A stretch of DNA of 64,000 nt from an uncultured Planctomycetota bacterium (lineage in GTDB: Bacteria > Planctomycetota > Planctomycetia > Isosphaerales > Isosphaeraceae), in contig CAWJTV010000029.1 of assembly GCA_963845755.1 (NCBI GenBank), forward strand, positions 64,001-128,000. Direction: 5' to 3'. This document shows positions 63,523-64,000 of the stretch, piece after piece. The notes beneath the pieces are model-generated. The model did no database searches. It had not been told where the DNA came from and saw nothing but the letters and a program-made list of their open reading frames with translations. A program made the translations under genes and the position numbers. Numbering within the stretch: the stretch's first letter is position 1; the number at the start of each line of letters is the position of its first letter.

Positions 63523-64000
63523 ATGTATCGGCAAACGGAGAACCTGGGGCGAGGAATCCTGGCTCGGGCCACGATCCTCGCCCTGACCATCGCAATCATC
63601 CCACCGGCGATGGTCGGCTCGGTCGTATGGGGGCAAGAAGCGGCCCCCGCGTTCCTGGGGGCTTCCTCGGATATCCGGGACAAGGCCGGCCTGTTCGGCG
63701 CCGACGCGATCGCGTCGGCACGGAAAGACTTGTCGGCGATTGAGCGTGCCACCGGCGCGGCGACTATCATCGAGACGATCGACACGCTCGGGAACGAGTC
63801 CGCGGACAAGCTCGCGCTCAAAGAGGCCGAACGCTCGGGGATTCATGGGCTGTTCATTCTGATCGCCAAGAAGGAGAGGAAACTGGAGGTACTGGCCTCC
63901 CGCCACTATCGCGAGATCATGTCAGAAGACCACCGAGTGGCGATTCGCAAGGCGTTCTTCGAAGGCTTCCAGCACAAGGACTTCAATGAGGGACTGAAGC
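63523..64000 (+). CDS. TPM-domain protein (3'-partial)
   Basis: GGAGG RBS, signal-like N-terminus, IRDKAGLF...IIETI...GLFILIAKKERKLEV...FNEGL. Confidence 0.7.
   Translation, partial: MYRQTENLGRGILARATILALTIAIIPPAMVGSVVWGQEAAPAFLGASSDIRDKAGLFGADAIASARKDLSAIERATGAATIIETIDTLGNESADKLALKEAERSGIHGLFILIAKKERKLEVLASRHYREIMSEDHRVAIRKAFFEGFQHKDFNEGLK

Overview
High-GC chromosomal window from a Planctomycete, probably Isosphaeraceae-like. This is inferred from LEPRxLL/Planc_extracel proteins, a PSCyt/DUF1549-DUF1553 plus DUF1501 pair, a TIGR02999-type ECF sigma with its Ser/Thr kinase, and a PEP-CTERM protein. Core genes include agmatine deiminase, a pseudouridine synthase, pyrK, kdsD-kdsC plus a giant LptC/OstA-like gene, a YihY protein and hsp20. 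They are interspersed with accessory blocks, two IS elements, decayed toxin-antitoxin modules and many REP/MITE-like palindromes. Many otherwise normal genes carry single-base frameshifts, most likely assembly indels. The most notable find is a lower-GC minus-strand island (50.5-53.5 kb): a leaderless RHH-type regulator, a GmrSD-like (DUF262/DUF1524) gene and an intact NYN-domain nuclease. Directly after these lies an unannotated ~170-nt RNA with its own sigma70-like promoter and terminator. It contains two 37-nt hairpin repeats differing by three compensatory base-pair changes, making it a candidate NYN RNase/structured-RNA (type III toxin-antitoxin-like) defence system. All family assignments are from motif recognition by eye, not database searches.
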